64,000 nt of DNA from Candidatus Bathyarchaeia archaeon (GTDB lineage Archaea > Thermoproteota > Bathyarchaeia > Bathyarchaeales > Bathycorpusculaceae). The translations under genes and the position numbers were made by a program. The notes beneath the pieces were generated by a model. It was not told the origin of the DNA. It did not search any database and was given only the letters and a program-made list of their open reading frames with translations. Below, one piece after another: positions 29,352 to 40,352 of this stretch. The stretch spans positions 32,001-96,000 of the forward strand of contig JBEKSS010000003.1 in the NCBI GenBank assembly GCA_049516875.1. Reading direction: 5' to 3'. Position 1 is the stretch's first letter, and each line of letters opens with the position of its first letter.

Positions 29352-31292
29352 TTACTTCTTTTCGAGCTGTCTCCTCAGTTCTTCGTATGTTGCCTTGATC
29401 TCGTCTACTGAAGCTTCGTCTTCCAAAGTTGAGACGTCGCCTAAGGGTGCGCCGGCTAGCACCGCCTTCAAGAGCCTTCTCATGATTTTTCCACTGCGTG
29501 TCTTAGGAAGCCTGTTGACGATTACGATTGCATCCGGTGTTGCGATGGGGCCTATTGTGTTTCTTATGTGTTTCACAAGGTCAGCGCGCAGTTCGTCTGA
29601 CGGTGAGAAGCCGCTTCGTAAAGTGACAAAAGCCACGGGGACTTCGCCCTTGAGCGCGTCTTCTTTACCCATAACTGCAGCCTCTGAAACAGCTGGGTGT
29701 GACACAAGTGCACTCTCAAGCTCCACAGTGCCTATTCTGTGTCCGGCCACCTTCAATACTTCATCAGCTCTTCCGAGCAACCAGAAGTAACCATCCGGAT
29801 CCTTCACTGCATAATCGCCAGTGTAGTAGATGTTGGGCCATCTTCCGAAGTATGTTTGCCGGTACCTATCAGGGTCTTTCCATATCGTCTCCAGCATCCC
29901 GGGCCACGGCGTCCTAATCACTAGGAAGCCCTTTACACCTGTGGGTGTCGGCTGTCCTTTTTCATCATAGACTTCTGCGAGAATGCTTGGCAATGGATTT
30001 GTTGCTGATCCTGGCTTCAACGGCACAAGCTCTATGCCTGGTAGGGGAGCTATCATGAACCCGCCTGTTTCAGTCTGCCACCAAGTGTCTATGACCGGCA
30101 GTTTCTCTTTGCCTACAACGCGATAGTACCATCTCCAAGCCTCAGGATTTATTGGTTCACCGACTGTTCCCAAGAGTCTGAGCGTGCTCAGATCATGCCT
30201 GGTTACCCATTGTTCGCCGAACTTCATGAACATCCTGATCGCCGTCGGCGTAGTGTACAGTATCGTTACCCCGTGTCTTTCAATCATGTTCCACCAGCGA
30301 TCTTGGGCTGGATAGTCTGGCGTCCCTTCAAAAATAAATGAAGTTATTCCGAGAGCCAGCGGAGCGTAAACGTTGTAGGTGTGACCCGTGATCCAGCCTA
30401 TGTCCGCTGTGCACCACCAGATGTCCTTTTCATCTGGGTTGAAACCCCACTTGAGTGTCCAGTACGCCCACACTAGGTAGCCGCCCGTTCCATGCTGAAC
30501 CCCTTTGGGTTTACCTGTAGTTCCAGAAGTGTACAGTATGAACAGAGGTTCAGTAGATTCCATCGGCTCGGGTGCAACATAGGCGTTTGGTTCCACTTTG
30601 TCCATCGCTTCATTGTACCAGACATCGCGTCCTTCTTTCATCGGAACTTCCTGTCCAGTTCTTTTGATTACTATCATTTTCTCAACGTTCGGCGTGCTCT
30701 GCAGTGCTCGGTCAGCGGTGTCTTTTAGTGTCACCGTTTTTCCACGTCGGAAGGCGCCGTCTGCGGTTACAAGCATCTTTGCTCCTGAGTCGTTGATCCT
30801 ATCTGCGAGAGCCTCTGCGCTGAAGCCCGAAAAGACTACTGTGTGAACCGCACCTAATCGTGCACATGCAAGCAGCGTGATTGGAAGCTCCGGAATCATC
30901 GGCAGATAGACAGCCACTCTGTCGCCCTTCTTAAGTCCTAGATCTTTCATGATTTTTGCGAGTTTGTTTACCTCGCGGTAAAGTTGATAGAACGTACAGG
31001 TTCTCACTTCTCCGTCCTCCCCTTCCCAAATATAGGCTAGCATATTCTTTCTGGACGTTTTCAGGTGCCTGTCAAGTGCGTTGTAGCATATGTTCAGAAT
31101 GCCGCCAGGAAACCATTTGTAGAAGGGTCGGTTGGAATCGTCCAGAACTTTGTCCCATGTTCTGAACCAATCGATGGCTTCTGCTTTTTCAGCCCAAAAT
31201 TCTTGTGGGTTCTTTATTGATTTCTCCCATTCTTCTTTCAACCTATTTGTGGGGTATACTCTGTCATTGAATGGCAAACTAGCTTCTGACAT
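29352..31292 (-). CDS. acs: Acetyl-CoA synthetase (AMP-forming)
   Basis: YTSGTTGKPKG, DTWWQTETG and PKTRSGKIMRR motifs. Confidence 0.97.
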   Translation of the reverse strand: MSEASLPFNDRVYPTNRLKEEWEKSIKNPQEFWAEKAEAIDWFRTWDKVLDDSNRPFYKWFPGGILNICYNALDRHLKTSRKNMLAYIWEGEDGEVRTCTFYQLYREVNKLAKIMKDLGLKKGDRVAVYLPMIPELPITLLACARLGAVHTVVFSGFSAEALADRINDSGAKMLVTADGAFRRGKTVTLKDTADRALQSTPNVEKMIVIKRTGQEVPMKEGRDVWYNEAMDKVEPNAYVAPEPMESTEPLFILYTSGTTGKPKGVQHGTGGYLVWAYWTLKWGFNPDEKDIWWCTADIGWITGHTYNVYAPLALGITSFIFEGTPDYPAQDRWWNMIERHGVTILYTTPTAIRMFMKFGEQWVTRHDLSTLRLLGTVGEPINPEAWRWYYRVVGKEKLPVIDTWWQTETGGFMIAPLPGIELVPLKPGSATNPLPSILAEVYDEKGQPTPTGVKGFLVIRTPWPGMLETIWKDPDRYRQTYFGRWPNIYYTGDYAVKDPDGYFWLLGRADEVLKVAGHRIGTVELESALVSHPAVSEAAVMGKEDALKGEVPVAFVTLRSGFSPSDELRADLVKHIRNTIGPIATPDAIVIVNRLPKTRSGKIMRRLLKAVLAGAPLGDVSTLEDEASVDEIKATYEELRRQLEKK

Positions 31293-31376
31293 CTTCTAGC
31301 CTTCCGTGAGTTTGTGGAGAAACGTTCTTTCAGAAATATAAACGTTTTTGGTTGAAAATAAAAAGGGCGAAGGCTT

Positions 31377-31952
31377 CTATTTGCTCATAGGGCCTATGGG
31401 CAGGAAAGCTTTTCCATGAGCCTCGTTCAACACTTCAGCCAAGCCTAAGTAGACCGCGCTAAGTCCGCATATGACCCCTTCGCCACCAGCTATTTTGAGC
31501 AGCGTTGCATTTCCAGACAATTCCGAGGCAGTGAGAAGGAAGAACAGAATTGCCAAGCTCATAAAAACGAATTGTATAACCCTGTTTGCCTTTAATGTTC
31601 CAAAAAACATTACGAAGGTGAATAAGCCCCACATGAAGAAGTAGGCAGCCATGGCATTTGAATCAATGAATGAGTTCGAAACCCCTGAAACTAGCCTGGG
31701 CAGCAATATCAAGCCGACGAGGGACCACCAGAAGAAACCATAAGAGGAAAATGCAACGGTGCCGAAGGTGTTGCCCTTCTTAAACTCCATCGCGCCTGCT
31801 ATGATTTGAGCTAATCCACCATATGCCAAACCCATTGCCAAGATCATGCTAGTAGAAGAGTATAGCCCAGCGTTGCTGAGATTCAACAGAACGGTTGTCA
31901 GTCCGAAGGCTAACAGTCCCAGTGGTGCAGGATTTGCCAGTTTTTCGCTCAT
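31377..31952 (-). CDS. satP: Acetate/succinate uptake transporter, GPR1/FUN34/YaaH family
   Basis: [13 protein letters not shown] and SYGFFW motifs; directly upstream of acs. Confidence 0.93.
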   Translation of the reverse strand: MSEKLANPAPLGLLAFGLTTVLLNLSNAGLYSSTSMILAMGLAYGGLAQIIAGAMEFKKGNTFGTVAFSSYGFFWWSLVGLILLPRLVSGVSNSFIDSNAMAAYFFMWGLFTFVMFFGTLKANRVIQFVFMSLAILFFLLTASELSGNATLLKIAGGEGVICGLSAVYLGLAEVLNEAHGKAFLPIGPMSK

Positions 31953-32018
31953 TCCTTTTCAGCCCTTCAATTTCTATTGTTAGAAGCTTTTTTCACATTG
32001 CTTCAAATTTAAGTCTTT

Positions 32019-34781
32019 CTAAACTTGTTTCTTGTGTTTTCTGCTTGTTATCCACTTTGCAGTCTCCAGTGAACCGAAAGTTATTGCCATGAACAGTATT
32101 GCAAAGGCCCAGTCGAGTGGTTCAGGTGCTGATACACTAAAGGCAGAGTTTAGACCTGGCGTGTAGAGCACAATAAGCTGGAGGAAGAACGACGAAAGCA
32201 CAGCGTACCACAGGAATTTATTTTTGAACACGCCGACTTTCCACACTGGATATTTCAGTGACCGGGCGGATATGGCATTAGCGAGCTCCATGATAATCAT
32301 GGCGGTCAGCAGCTGAGTTCGAGCTTCCGTTAGTTGGGTCGAGCTTTCCCACGGCCGATAGAAGAAGTATCCAAACAGAAGCAGAGCTGTCATCAATATT
32401 GGCACTAGGGACAGATAGAGTTTGACGTCGCGTGTGAAGATGCTTTCGTTTGGATCGCGCGGTTTTCTCTCCATTATGTCAGGGTCGCCTGGGTCAATGC
32501 CAAGCGCGATTGCTGGCAAGCCATCAGTGGTCAGGTTAACCCAAAGCAGTTGTGCTGCAGTCAAGGCAATCGTTGCGCTACCGATCACTTCGGCAGGCGC
32601 GCCTGGTGCATATATTTTTGCCAGGTACGGAACAGAAACCACGGCTATGAACATGACCAAGATTTCCATTATGTTGCATCGCATGAGATACGTGAGGTAT
32701 TTTTTGATGTTGTCGTATATTTCTCGCCCTTCCCTAGCAGCCTTGACAATGGAGGCAAAGTTGTCATCTGTCAAGACTATGTCCGAAGCTTCTTTGGCCA
32801 CCTCAGTACCCGTCACGCCCATGGAAATGCCTATGTCAGACATCCTGAGCGCTGGAGAATCATTAACACCGTCACCAGTCATAGCCACGATATGACCTTT
32901 GGCCTTCCACGCCTCGATTATCCTCACCTTATGTTCAGGGGAAACGCGCGCATATATCACAACTCTTTCAACCATATCATTGAATTGTTCATCACCAAGC
33001 TTCTCCAGCTCCGCGCCTGTCAACACTTTTCCTTGCTCTTCGTTTTCACCAAGCAAGTTGAGCTCTTTGGCCACTGCTACAGCTGTAAGTCTGTGATCAC
33101 CTGTCACCATTACAACGTTTATCCCGGCTTTCTTGCAGGTTTGTATGGCATCTTTGACTTCTTCACGTGGCGGATCAATCATGCCCACAATACCGACGAA
33201 GATAAAATCTTTCTCAATCTTCTCGTCATAGGCGTTCACTGATTCGGGCAGCTCCCTGAAGGCAAAGCCCAAGTTCCTCAAAGCTTGTCTCGCCATGGCT
33301 TCATTCACTGAAAGAATCCTTGCACGATCGCTTTCAATCAGTTTGGAGATTTTGCCGTTTGCTAAAACTTTTGTGCATTTATTAAGAACTATTTCGGGGG
33401 CTCCTTTCATGTAGGCCATTCTCTTTTTGCTGGAAACGATGTGCACAGTTGTCATGCGCTTTGTTTCTGAAGAGAACGGGAGCTCGCCTATACGGGGTTG
33501 TTCCTGTTCCAGTTCTTCCTTCCATAAACCGGCTTTTGCTGCTACGACGATTAGCGCCCCTTCCGTAGGATCTCCTTTAATAGCCCATTTCTCTGACGCA
33601 GTGTCTTTTTCCAGTTTGGCGTCATTGCATAGTGTTGCAGCAATCAAGAGTGTGCGGAGCTCGTATTTCGGCTCTACTTTCGTGTCCTCAGTCGAAAATT
33701 CTCCTTCGGGTTCGTAGCCAACTCCTGAAACTTTGACGAATTCATCATCGACATAAATTCTCTGCACTGTCATTTCGCCTTTCGTCATAGTTCCAGTCTT
33801 GTCAGAACATATGACGCTCGTGCAGCCCAAAGTTTCGACGGCGGGCAGTTTCTTAACTATTGTGTTCACCTTTGCCATTCTGTACATACCCACGGCAAGT
33901 GTGCCAGTTACTATTGCCGGTAACGCTTCAGGAACGGCTGCCACAGCTAAGCTGACGCCCCACAATAACATGTCAATTATGCTGCGTCCTTGGACGATGC
34001 CTATTGCACCCACCCCAACACAAATTGTAACACATAATATGCCGATCAACTTGCCGATAGACTGTGTCCTCTTCTCAAGTGGTGTTTCCTCTTTCTTGGT
34101 CATCTGCACCATTCGGGCAATTTTTCCAAACTCTGTATTCATTCCTGTTGTTGTGGCAACTGCCTTGCCTCGACCGTAAACGACAACGGTTCCAGTAAAG
34201 GCCATGTTCCGGCGATCATTAAGCGGAAGCGCCTCGGCACAAGCATCAACATTTTTGTTTACAGGAGATGATTCTCCCGTTAGCGAAGCTTCATCCACTT
34301 TCAAATTGACAGACTCGATAAGTCGGGCGTCAGCTGGAACCCTATCCCCTGTGAACAAGAGAATTACATCCCCTGGAACAATTTCACTCGCAGGAACCTT
34401 CACTTCTTTCTTATCGCGCAATACTATTGCGGTTGGTGCCGTCATCTTCTCTAAAGCTTCAACTGCTTTCTCCGAACGGAATTCTTCCACAAATCCCAAT
34501 ATCGCGGTTGCCAAAACTATGGCAATTATGATTATGGCATCTACGATTGCCTCAACAGCTATCGAAAGAGCTGTGGCAATCAGCAAAATGATGATCAGTA
34601 TATTTGTAAATTGTTTTAAAAACATCTTGATGGGAGAAGCCCTTTTTTCTTTCTGCAGTTCGTTCAGACCATACTCGGCCAACCGTTTCTGCACTTCTGC
34701 CTGACTCAAACCATGTTCAGTAGAGTTCAATTCCTTCAATGTTTCTTCAGGACTCATTGCGTGCCAAGATTTAGACACCAA
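32019..34781 (-). CDS. Cation-transporting P-type ATPase (type IIA, Ca2+-like)
   Basis: TGES, PEALP, DKTGT, KGAPE, TGD and GDGVND motifs. Confidence 0.95.
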   Translation of the reverse strand: MVSKSWHAMSPEETLKELNSTEHGLSQAEVQKRLAEYGLNELQKEKRASPIKMFLKQFTNILIIILLIATALSIAVEAIVDAIIIIAIVLATAILGFVEEFRSEKAVEALEKMTAPTAIVLRDKKEVKVPASEIVPGDVILLFTGDRVPADARLIESVNLKVDEASLTGESSPVNKNVDACAEALPLNDRRNMAFTGTVVVYGRGKAVATTTGMNTEFGKIARMVQMTKKEETPLEKRTQSIGKLIGILCVTICVGVGAIGIVQGRSIIDMLLWGVSLAVAAVPEALPAIVTGTLAVGMYRMAKVNTIVKKLPAVETLGCTSVICSDKTGTMTKGEMTVQRIYVDDEFVKVSGVGYEPEGEFSTEDTKVEPKYELRTLLIAATLCNDAKLEKDTASEKWAIKGDPTEGALIVVAAKAGLWKEELEQEQPRIGELPFSSETKRMTTVHIVSSKKRMAYMKGAPEIVLNKCTKVLANGKISKLIESDRARILSVNEAMARQALRNLGFAFRELPESVNAYDEKIEKDFIFVGIVGMIDPPREEVKDAIQTCKKAGINVVMVTGDHRLTAVAVAKELNLLGENEEQGKVLTGAELEKLGDEQFNDMVERVVIYARVSPEHKVRIIEAWKAKGHIVAMTGDGVNDSPALRMSDIGISMGVTGTEVAKEASDIVLTDDNFASIVKAAREGREIYDNIKKYLTYLMRCNIMEILVMFIAVVSVPYLAKIYAPGAPAEVIGSATIALTAAQLLWVNLTTDGLPAIALGIDPGDPDIMERKPRDPNESIFTRDVKLYLSLVPILMTALLLFGYFFYRPWESSTQLTEARTQLLTAMIIMELANAISARSLKYPVWKVGVFKNKFLWYAVLSSFFLQLIVLYTPGLNSAFSVSAPEPLDWAFAILFMAITFGSLETAKWITSRKHKKQV

Positions 34782-34797
34782 CTCAACTCCTTCCTAG

Positions 34798-35439
34798 CTA
34801 ATGTGGAGCGTATGACGTTGAAGTAGGAGCGCGCGCTCTGATAAGGACTATCGTCTCAAAAAACGGAAGATCTTGCTTCGCAATGATGTTTGCCCCCAAA
34901 CCTTTCTCCTCGAAGCCCTGCAAAGTCTCCTCGACATTAGAAAGCGTTGATTGCAACAGCAGGATTTCTCCAGTGGGCTTCAGATATTCTGGGGCTTCAC
35001 GAATGAACTTGTCAATTACCTCTTTTCCTGAATCACCACCAGCCCAAGCCCACCCCACCCAAGAGTTTTTTTCACTCTCTTCTGATGGAAGGTACGGAGC
35101 GTTGAAAAGGATCAGATCGAATTCTTTTCTGATTCTAAGCGGGGAAAACAGATCCCCTTGAACAAAAAACACGCGATCGGCAACACCATTGATTTCCGCG
35201 TTTTTTCTTGCGCACATGACAGCATAAGGATTTACATCAATCGCAACCACTCTGCTTGCCTTCTTGGCCGCAATTACGCCCAAGATCCCACAACCAGTAC
35301 CCACGTCAATAACCTTACCGCCATCTCTGATTGCCAAGTTTTCAGCAAAGAAAAAGGAGTCCTCGGCCGGCTCGTATACGTTTTCCAAGACATTGAACAC
35401 GCAGTCAGCAAAGAACACCTTTTTACTTGGTGATGACAT
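34798..35439 (-). CDS. HemK2/Mtq2-family methyltransferase
   Basis: VYEPAEDS, DVGTGCG and FNAPYLP motifs. Confidence 0.92.
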   Translation of the reverse strand: MSSPSKKVFFADCVFNVLENVYEPAEDSFFFAENLAIRDGGKVIDVGTGCGILGVIAAKKASRVVAIDVNPYAVMCARKNAEINGVADRVFFVQGDLFSPLRIRKEFDLILFNAPYLPSEESEKNSWVGWAWAGGDSGKEVIDKFIREAPEYLKPTGEILLLQSTLSNVEETLQGFEEKGLGANIIAKQDLPFFETIVLIRARAPTSTSYAPH

Positions 35440-36241
35440 TGGCTAATGCTCCGATGTCTTCTGGTGTGAGTTCTCTCACTCGACGGTCACCTAGAGGAAG
35501 GGAATCAGCAATTTGGATTGCGTCTTTTTTTGCACTCCATGCTTCCTTTAGGTATGCCAGAGCTGCGTTTCTAACCGTCCTATTGCGCCTCGTAAAGAGA
35601 ACTTGAAGGAAGCGTTGGAATGACACCTCACTCCTTAACTCAAACGATGGTGACCTCTTTGGCTTCAAGCGTGTTATGATTGAATCTATTTTTGGTTGCG
35701 GATAAAACATGGACTTAGGAATCTCGTCCAAAAGCTCAACCTGTGCATGAAAGTACGTGAAAACTGTCAACCATCCGTAGTCTTCACTTCCAACAGGAGC
35801 TACAAGTCGATCCGCAAATTCCTTTTGAAAGACCAAGACTGCGCAGTCGAAGCCCCTTTTGAAGAGCCATACAAGTAAACGGGAGGAGATTTGATAAGGC
35901 GGAATTGAAACAATTTTATTAAATGAGGGGACACCGACCTTGAGAATGCTGCCTTCAATTATCTTCACGTTGGATGCCCCCCTAAGCTGTTCACGCAAAA
36001 TGTCGGCAAGCCGCGCGTCAACTTCGACAGCAAGGACCATCTTGCATTTTTCCCTCAAGAAACGAGTCAAAAAACCCAGCCCAGCACCGATCTCCAACAC
36101 AGTATCATCACAATTCAGTAAAGCATAGTCAACCATTTTTTGAAAAAACCGTGATTCAATCATGAAGTTCTGGCCTAAACTCCTCTTCGGCATAATTCGA
36201 TGCCTTCGAAGCAAAGACTTCGTATCTTCCAATAGACTCAT
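35423..36241 (-). CDS. rsmA: 16S rRNA dimethyladenosine transferase KsgA/Dim1
   Basis: LGQNF, LEIGAGLG, PYQIS and QKEFADRL motifs. Confidence 0.95.
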   Translation of the reverse strand: MSLLEDTKSLLRRHRIMPKRSLGQNFMIESRFFQKMVDYALLNCDDTVLEIGAGLGFLTRFLREKCKMVLAVEVDARLADILREQLRGASNVKIIEGSILKVGVPSFNKIVSIPPYQISSRLLVWLFKRGFDCAVLVFQKEFADRLVAPVGSEDYGWLTVFTYFHAQVELLDEIPKSMFYPQPKIDSIITRLKPKRSPSFELRSEVSFQRFLQVLFTRRNRTVRNAALAYLKEAWSAKKDAIQIADSLPLGDRRVRELTPEDIGALANVITK

Positions 36242-36267
36242 TCTACCCCGTTAAACGATTGATTGAG

Positions 36268-36843
36268 CTATTGTGTCCTCGTAAATAATCTATACTTGCT
36301 GTCGCCGCCCAACTCTTCCATGACTCTCTTTGTAATCAGTTTAACCGGATTAGGTAATTCTGTGCGTTTCTGCAAGTCTTCAAAACTCGCAAAAGGTTTC
36401 TTCTCTCGTTCATTTATGACTTGCCACATGTATTTCTTGCCTATTCCTGGAACCAGTTCCAATGCATGCATTCTCGGTGTAACTGCCCTTGCGGTGTTGA
36501 AGAATTCGACGAACCGTTTTTCACGGTTCAGCACGATCTTGTTGATCACTGTTGGAAGCTCTGTCTTTGCGGCTGCAGTTAGCTCGTCGTAGCCTATTCG
36601 ACCGATGATGTACGTTATTTCTTCCCGAGCCTCTTTTCCAACGAAAACACGATCATGAGGCCTGAGTATCACGCCTTCTTTGGCCAATGCTTCTAGGAGT
36701 GTGAAGAATCCTTCACCTACCAATTGAACCAAAGCTCCCGCTCGATAGCCAGCTCGTCCTGAAACATGCACTCCAGGGCGGCCGTGCGGCAGAAAGTCCA
36801 AGATATAAGCGTACTCTTCGTACCGCTTCTCCATCATTGTCAT
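36268..36843 (-). CDS. DUF655 putative RNA-binding protein
   Basis: EEYAYILDF, FFTLLE and RMHALELVPGIG motifs; conserved rpo4-DUF655-ksgA synteny. Confidence 0.92.
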   Translation of the reverse strand: MTMMEKRYEEYAYILDFLPHGRPGVHVSGRAGYRAGALVQLVGEGFFTLLEALAKEGVILRPHDRVFVGKEAREEITYIIGRIGYDELTAAAKTELPTVINKIVLNREKRFVEFFNTARAVTPRMHALELVPGIGKKYMWQVINEREKKPFASFEDLQKRTELPNPVKLITKRVMEELGGDSKYRLFTRTQ

Positions 36844-36894
36844 TATTTCCTCTATTTAGTCTCTTATTACTTAAAATAGTTAGTATCGACCAGC

Positions 36895-37233
36895 CTATTT
36901 CAATTTTCGATGTTCATCTAGCAGGTTCACTATAGCTTCTAGTTTCGATGTTTCAATGATTTTGCGTCCGCCAGCCAGAAACACTCTCAACTCTTCAACA
37001 CTTTTCGGCATGCAGTTGACTATTTGCACTGCCTCTATCTCGTCCAGACCATAGTCTGCCACGAGTTTTCCAACCAGTTTTTCGGCAGATTCAGCGTCGG
37101 TCTTCGAAAACTTTGAGACATAATCGAACGTACGGCGCTGTAGCTGATCAAGGTTTTCTTCACCTATAGACTCCAGCAAGTTCTTAACCTGCGGGAGGCT
37201 CAGTTTCTTTTCTGTCATGCTCTTTTCCGACAT
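36895..37233 (-). CDS. rpo4: RNA polymerase subunit Rpo4 (RpoF)
   Basis: FSK, AVQIVNCMPKSVEELR motifs; ATG at 37233. Confidence 0.92.
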   Translation of the reverse strand: MSEKSMTEKKLSLPQVKNLLESIGEENLDQLQRRTFDYVSKFSKTDAESAEKLVGKLVADYGLDEIEAVQIVNCMPKSVEELRVFLAGGRKIIETSKLEAIVNLLDEHRKLK

Positions 37234-37234
37234 T

Positions 37235-37537
37235 CTAATCACTCTTGCAAGGTTCCAAATGTTCAGGTCTGACGATGATCTCCCTAATAGCGTCTCCCTG
37301 TGAAACACTCACCACGTAACTCCGTCCCCGCTTGTTGAGTATCGTACCGACTCTGCCGTGGTAGCGCCTGTGAGGCATTCCCTTGTGAACACTCGAGTCT
37401 ATCTTGATAACAACGCTGGTTCCAGGCTGATACTCATGAAGCAACTTGCTCAGCCTCAGTTTGCCGTGCTCTCTAGGTTCCTTTGTCAAAAGACGACGTG
37501 CTCCAGAACGATAACCCTTCGATCCCCTCATTCTCAT
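37235..37537 (-). CDS. rpl21e: 50S ribosomal protein L21e
   Basis: HKGMPHRRYHGRVG and VRPEHL motifs. Confidence 0.97.
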   Translation of the reverse strand: MRMRGSKGYRSGARRLLTKEPREHGKLRLSKLLHEYQPGTSVVIKIDSSVHKGMPHRRYHGRVGTILNKRGRSYVVSVSQGDAIREIIVRPEHLEPCKSD

Positions 37538-37544
37538 AACTCTC

Positions 37545-38879
37545 CTAATCGTCCATAACTATGTTCAGAACATCAAGTTCCATCGGCTTCGCTTTATTCT
37601 TGAGAATTTCTGAAACGCTGGGAACTGTTCTTCCTTCATCCCCAGTAACCAGTTCTTTAACGTAGAGCCCTCCTTGACATCGTAATCTCATTTCAGCCTT
37701 TCTAGGTGACAATTTCTTAACGTCCACGTCATATATGTACCTTTCCCGCGTCAGATCAGCGCGTCTGTGCAAAACGCGAACAGGGGTCTTCTGCTCAATC
37801 ATGACATTTGTCAGGCTCTTTTCCAAGAAGTGCATATCTTTGGTCGTGATCTTGTTTTCAAATTCGATGAACATACGATATTCTTTCTGCTTGGATTCGC
37901 CTCCCTTTAGTTTTCTGACGACATCTCTGTTTGCAAATCTCAGACCTACAACCTCAACCTTGTTCACCCCGTACACATTCACCGCATCTTCAGCTTTCTT
38001 AAGGTCTAAGAAACGCTTTTTCGGAGTCGCGATTTCAATCACAAAAGGTCTGCCATTGCCCAGCATGCGGGCGTCGATATCTTCTCTTCCAGAGGCGTGA
38101 AATGAGGCACTTGCACCACTTGTTGCTTCCAACAAGGGCTTCTCAACTATTTCCTGCACCGACTCCGGATACATTTTTCCAGTCCAGTTACATTTAATGC
38201 AACCTTTTCCCCAGCATTCCGAACAGAACCATTTTGATTGCGGAATGCTTCTGACAAGTTTTTTGTATCGGCCAGCTATGAAAAGAGGATTGACTTGAAG
38301 TCTCACAAGACCAGAGAACGGCTCAACGAGCACGACAATCTCTGGCTTCTTGAAGTCTACGTCCTTCCCGCTTCGCTCTGCAATTCTTCTACCGACCGTT
38401 CTCGCGAACTCTTTGCGGAGGCTCTCACCGTGACTCACGCCAAACTCTGCCCTAAACTCGTCTTCTCGTTCAGCAAATATCAAGGACAACTCTATGCCCG
38501 CCAAGAAACTGCTGTACTCATACTCCACTAGAAGACCAAGAGCTTTTTCCGCCAAATCATTACAAATTTCAAGTTTGCCCTCACACAAGAAGCATTTTTC
38601 TAGAATATCTTTAGTCTCAATGCATTCTCCCATTCTGCTAATTATCTCTGTTGCGATTTTGGAAAAACCGTTGGTCGCCAAGACCCTGAGAATCTTTAAC
38701 CCTTGTTTGCTTTCTGAAAGCGCCAACGCATGAGCTTCGAACGTCAAGGCCAGTTTTATTGCCTTTCCTCTTTCATCGTTCTCAACGCCGTGGCCTAAAA
38801 GGGCAAATTGCCTTCCCAAACAATGGTCACATAAGGGATATTTCTCAAGCATCCTCTGAGCTTCTTGCAGAATGCTCAT
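37545..38879 (-). CDS. pus10: tRNA pseudouridine(54/55) synthase Pus10
   Basis: LCDHCLGRQF, FHASGREDIDARMLG and GLYVKEL motifs. Confidence 0.96.
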   Translation of the reverse strand: MSILQEAQRMLEKYPLCDHCLGRQFALLGHGVENDERGKAIKLALTFEAHALALSESKQGLKILRVLATNGFSKIATEIISRMGECIETKDILEKCFLCEGKLEICNDLAEKALGLLVEYEYSSFLAGIELSLIFAEREDEFRAEFGVSHGESLRKEFARTVGRRIAERSGKDVDFKKPEIVVLVEPFSGLVRLQVNPLFIAGRYKKLVRSIPQSKWFCSECWGKGCIKCNWTGKMYPESVQEIVEKPLLEATSGASASFHASGREDIDARMLGNGRPFVIEIATPKKRFLDLKKAEDAVNVYGVNKVEVVGLRFANRDVVRKLKGGESKQKEYRMFIEFENKITTKDMHFLEKSLTNVMIEQKTPVRVLHRRADLTRERYIYDVDVKKLSPRKAEMRLRCQGGLYVKELVTGDEGRTVPSVSEILKNKAKPMELDVLNIVMDD

Positions 38880-38908
38880 TCAACATGCCTTCCAGAGCCC
38901 GACCTTGC

Positions 38909-40243
38909 CTACTTGAGATCAACCGGCAACCCCTTTCCGAAGAAAGGAAGTTTCTTTTGTCTACGCATCGTCTTCAACATACGCCGCATCATTACGTACT
39001 GTTTCAGAAGTTCCTTCACTTCTTTCTCACTGGTACCTGAACCCCTGGCTACACGTTTCATCCTTGAAGCGTTGAAGATTTTCGGGTTGTCCTTCTCGGC
39101 GGGCGTCATAGACTGAATCATCACGCGCCACTTTTCCAGACGCCCTTCAGCAGTGTTCAGCATCTCATCCGGGATTTTGTAAGACATTCCCGGAATCAGA
39201 TTCATGAGTTTCTTAAAGGTGCCCATTCCCTTCATAGCTTCGAACTGCTCATACATGTCTGTTAAAGTGAACTTGCCGCTCAAGATAGCCTTGGCCTTCT
39301 TTTCTGGAACTGTTATTTCTGCCTCACGCACTTTGTCAAGGAGTGTTTCCAAGTCACCCATTCCAAGCAGACGGCCAACGAAACGTGAAGGAACGAACGC
39401 TTCGACATCCTCTGTTTTTTCTCCGGTACCGATGAACTTTATAGGTGCACCCGTTGCCGCCACTGCAGATAGAGCACCGCCTCCCCTTGCAGACCCATCG
39501 AGTTTCGTGACAAGTATTGAACCTATAGGTGTTGCTTCATTGAAGGCTTTTGCCTGAACCAACGCTTGCTGGCCTATTGTCCCATCGATAACAAGCATAA
39601 CTTCATCAGGCTTGATGCTTCTTTCGAGCATCTTCATTTCTTTGATGAGTTCTTGTTCCTCTTTATGACGGCCGGAAGTGTCGACGATGACCACGTCCTT
39701 CTCGCTAAACTGGTTCAAGCCTTCGGTAACGACTTTAATGGGATCCTTTGTCTTCAAGTTACCATACAATGGCACGTTGATTCTGCTTACTAGCTGCTGA
39801 AGCTGAGCGTAAGCGCCGGGTCGAAAAGTGTCCGCACAGATTACAGCGGGCTTTAAGCCTCTCTTCTGAAAATATCTTGCAAGTTTGGCTGCAGCAGTTG
39901 TCTTTCCAGAACCTTGGATGCCAACAAGCATTATTATTCTTCTTTTTCCCGGCTCCATTTTTATTGGTGTAGGCTTGTCTCCTAGGAAACGCGTCAACTC
40001 TTCATAGACTACTTTTATAACGTGCTCGCGTCTGGAAATGCCAGGCGGAACTTTTTCCTTTAGCGCCCTTTCTTCTATTCTTTTGGAAATGTCGAGTACA
40101 AGTTTGACGTTAACATCTGCTTGAAGCAGAGCCTTTTGTACATCATGCACAAGCTCCTTGACTGTGGCCTCGTCTACAACGGAAGCCCTGAAAACCTTTC
40201 TTAATGCTTCGTAAAGTGACGAACCCAGGTGATCAAGAGACAT
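38909..40243 (-). CDS. srp54: Signal recognition particle protein SRP54
   Basis: GIQGSGKTT, DTSGR, TKLDG and an M domain with RVARGSG. Confidence 0.97.
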   Translation of the reverse strand: MSLDHLGSSLYEALRKVFRASVVDEATVKELVHDVQKALLQADVNVKLVLDISKRIEERALKEKVPPGISRREHVIKVVYEELTRFLGDKPTPIKMEPGKRRIIMLVGIQGSGKTTAAAKLARYFQKRGLKPAVICADTFRPGAYAQLQQLVSRINVPLYGNLKTKDPIKVVTEGLNQFSEKDVVIVDTSGRHKEEQELIKEMKMLERSIKPDEVMLVIDGTIGQQALVQAKAFNEATPIGSILVTKLDGSARGGGALSAVAATGAPIKFIGTGEKTEDVEAFVPSRFVGRLLGMGDLETLLDKVREAEITVPEKKAKAILSGKFTLTDMYEQFEAMKGMGTFKKLMNLIPGMSYKIPDEMLNTAEGRLEKWRVMIQSMTPAEKDNPKIFNASRMKRVARGSGTSEKEVKELLKQYVMMRRMLKTMRRQKKLPFFGKGLPVDLK

Positions 40244-40352
40244 GTTTTTCTCCAGATTTACAACGCTTCATGCCATTAATAGCTATTCCGTTCTTCAAGC
40301 CCTGCTTCCACAAGCTTTTTACATTTCACACATCTTCTAGAGGGTTTGAGGG

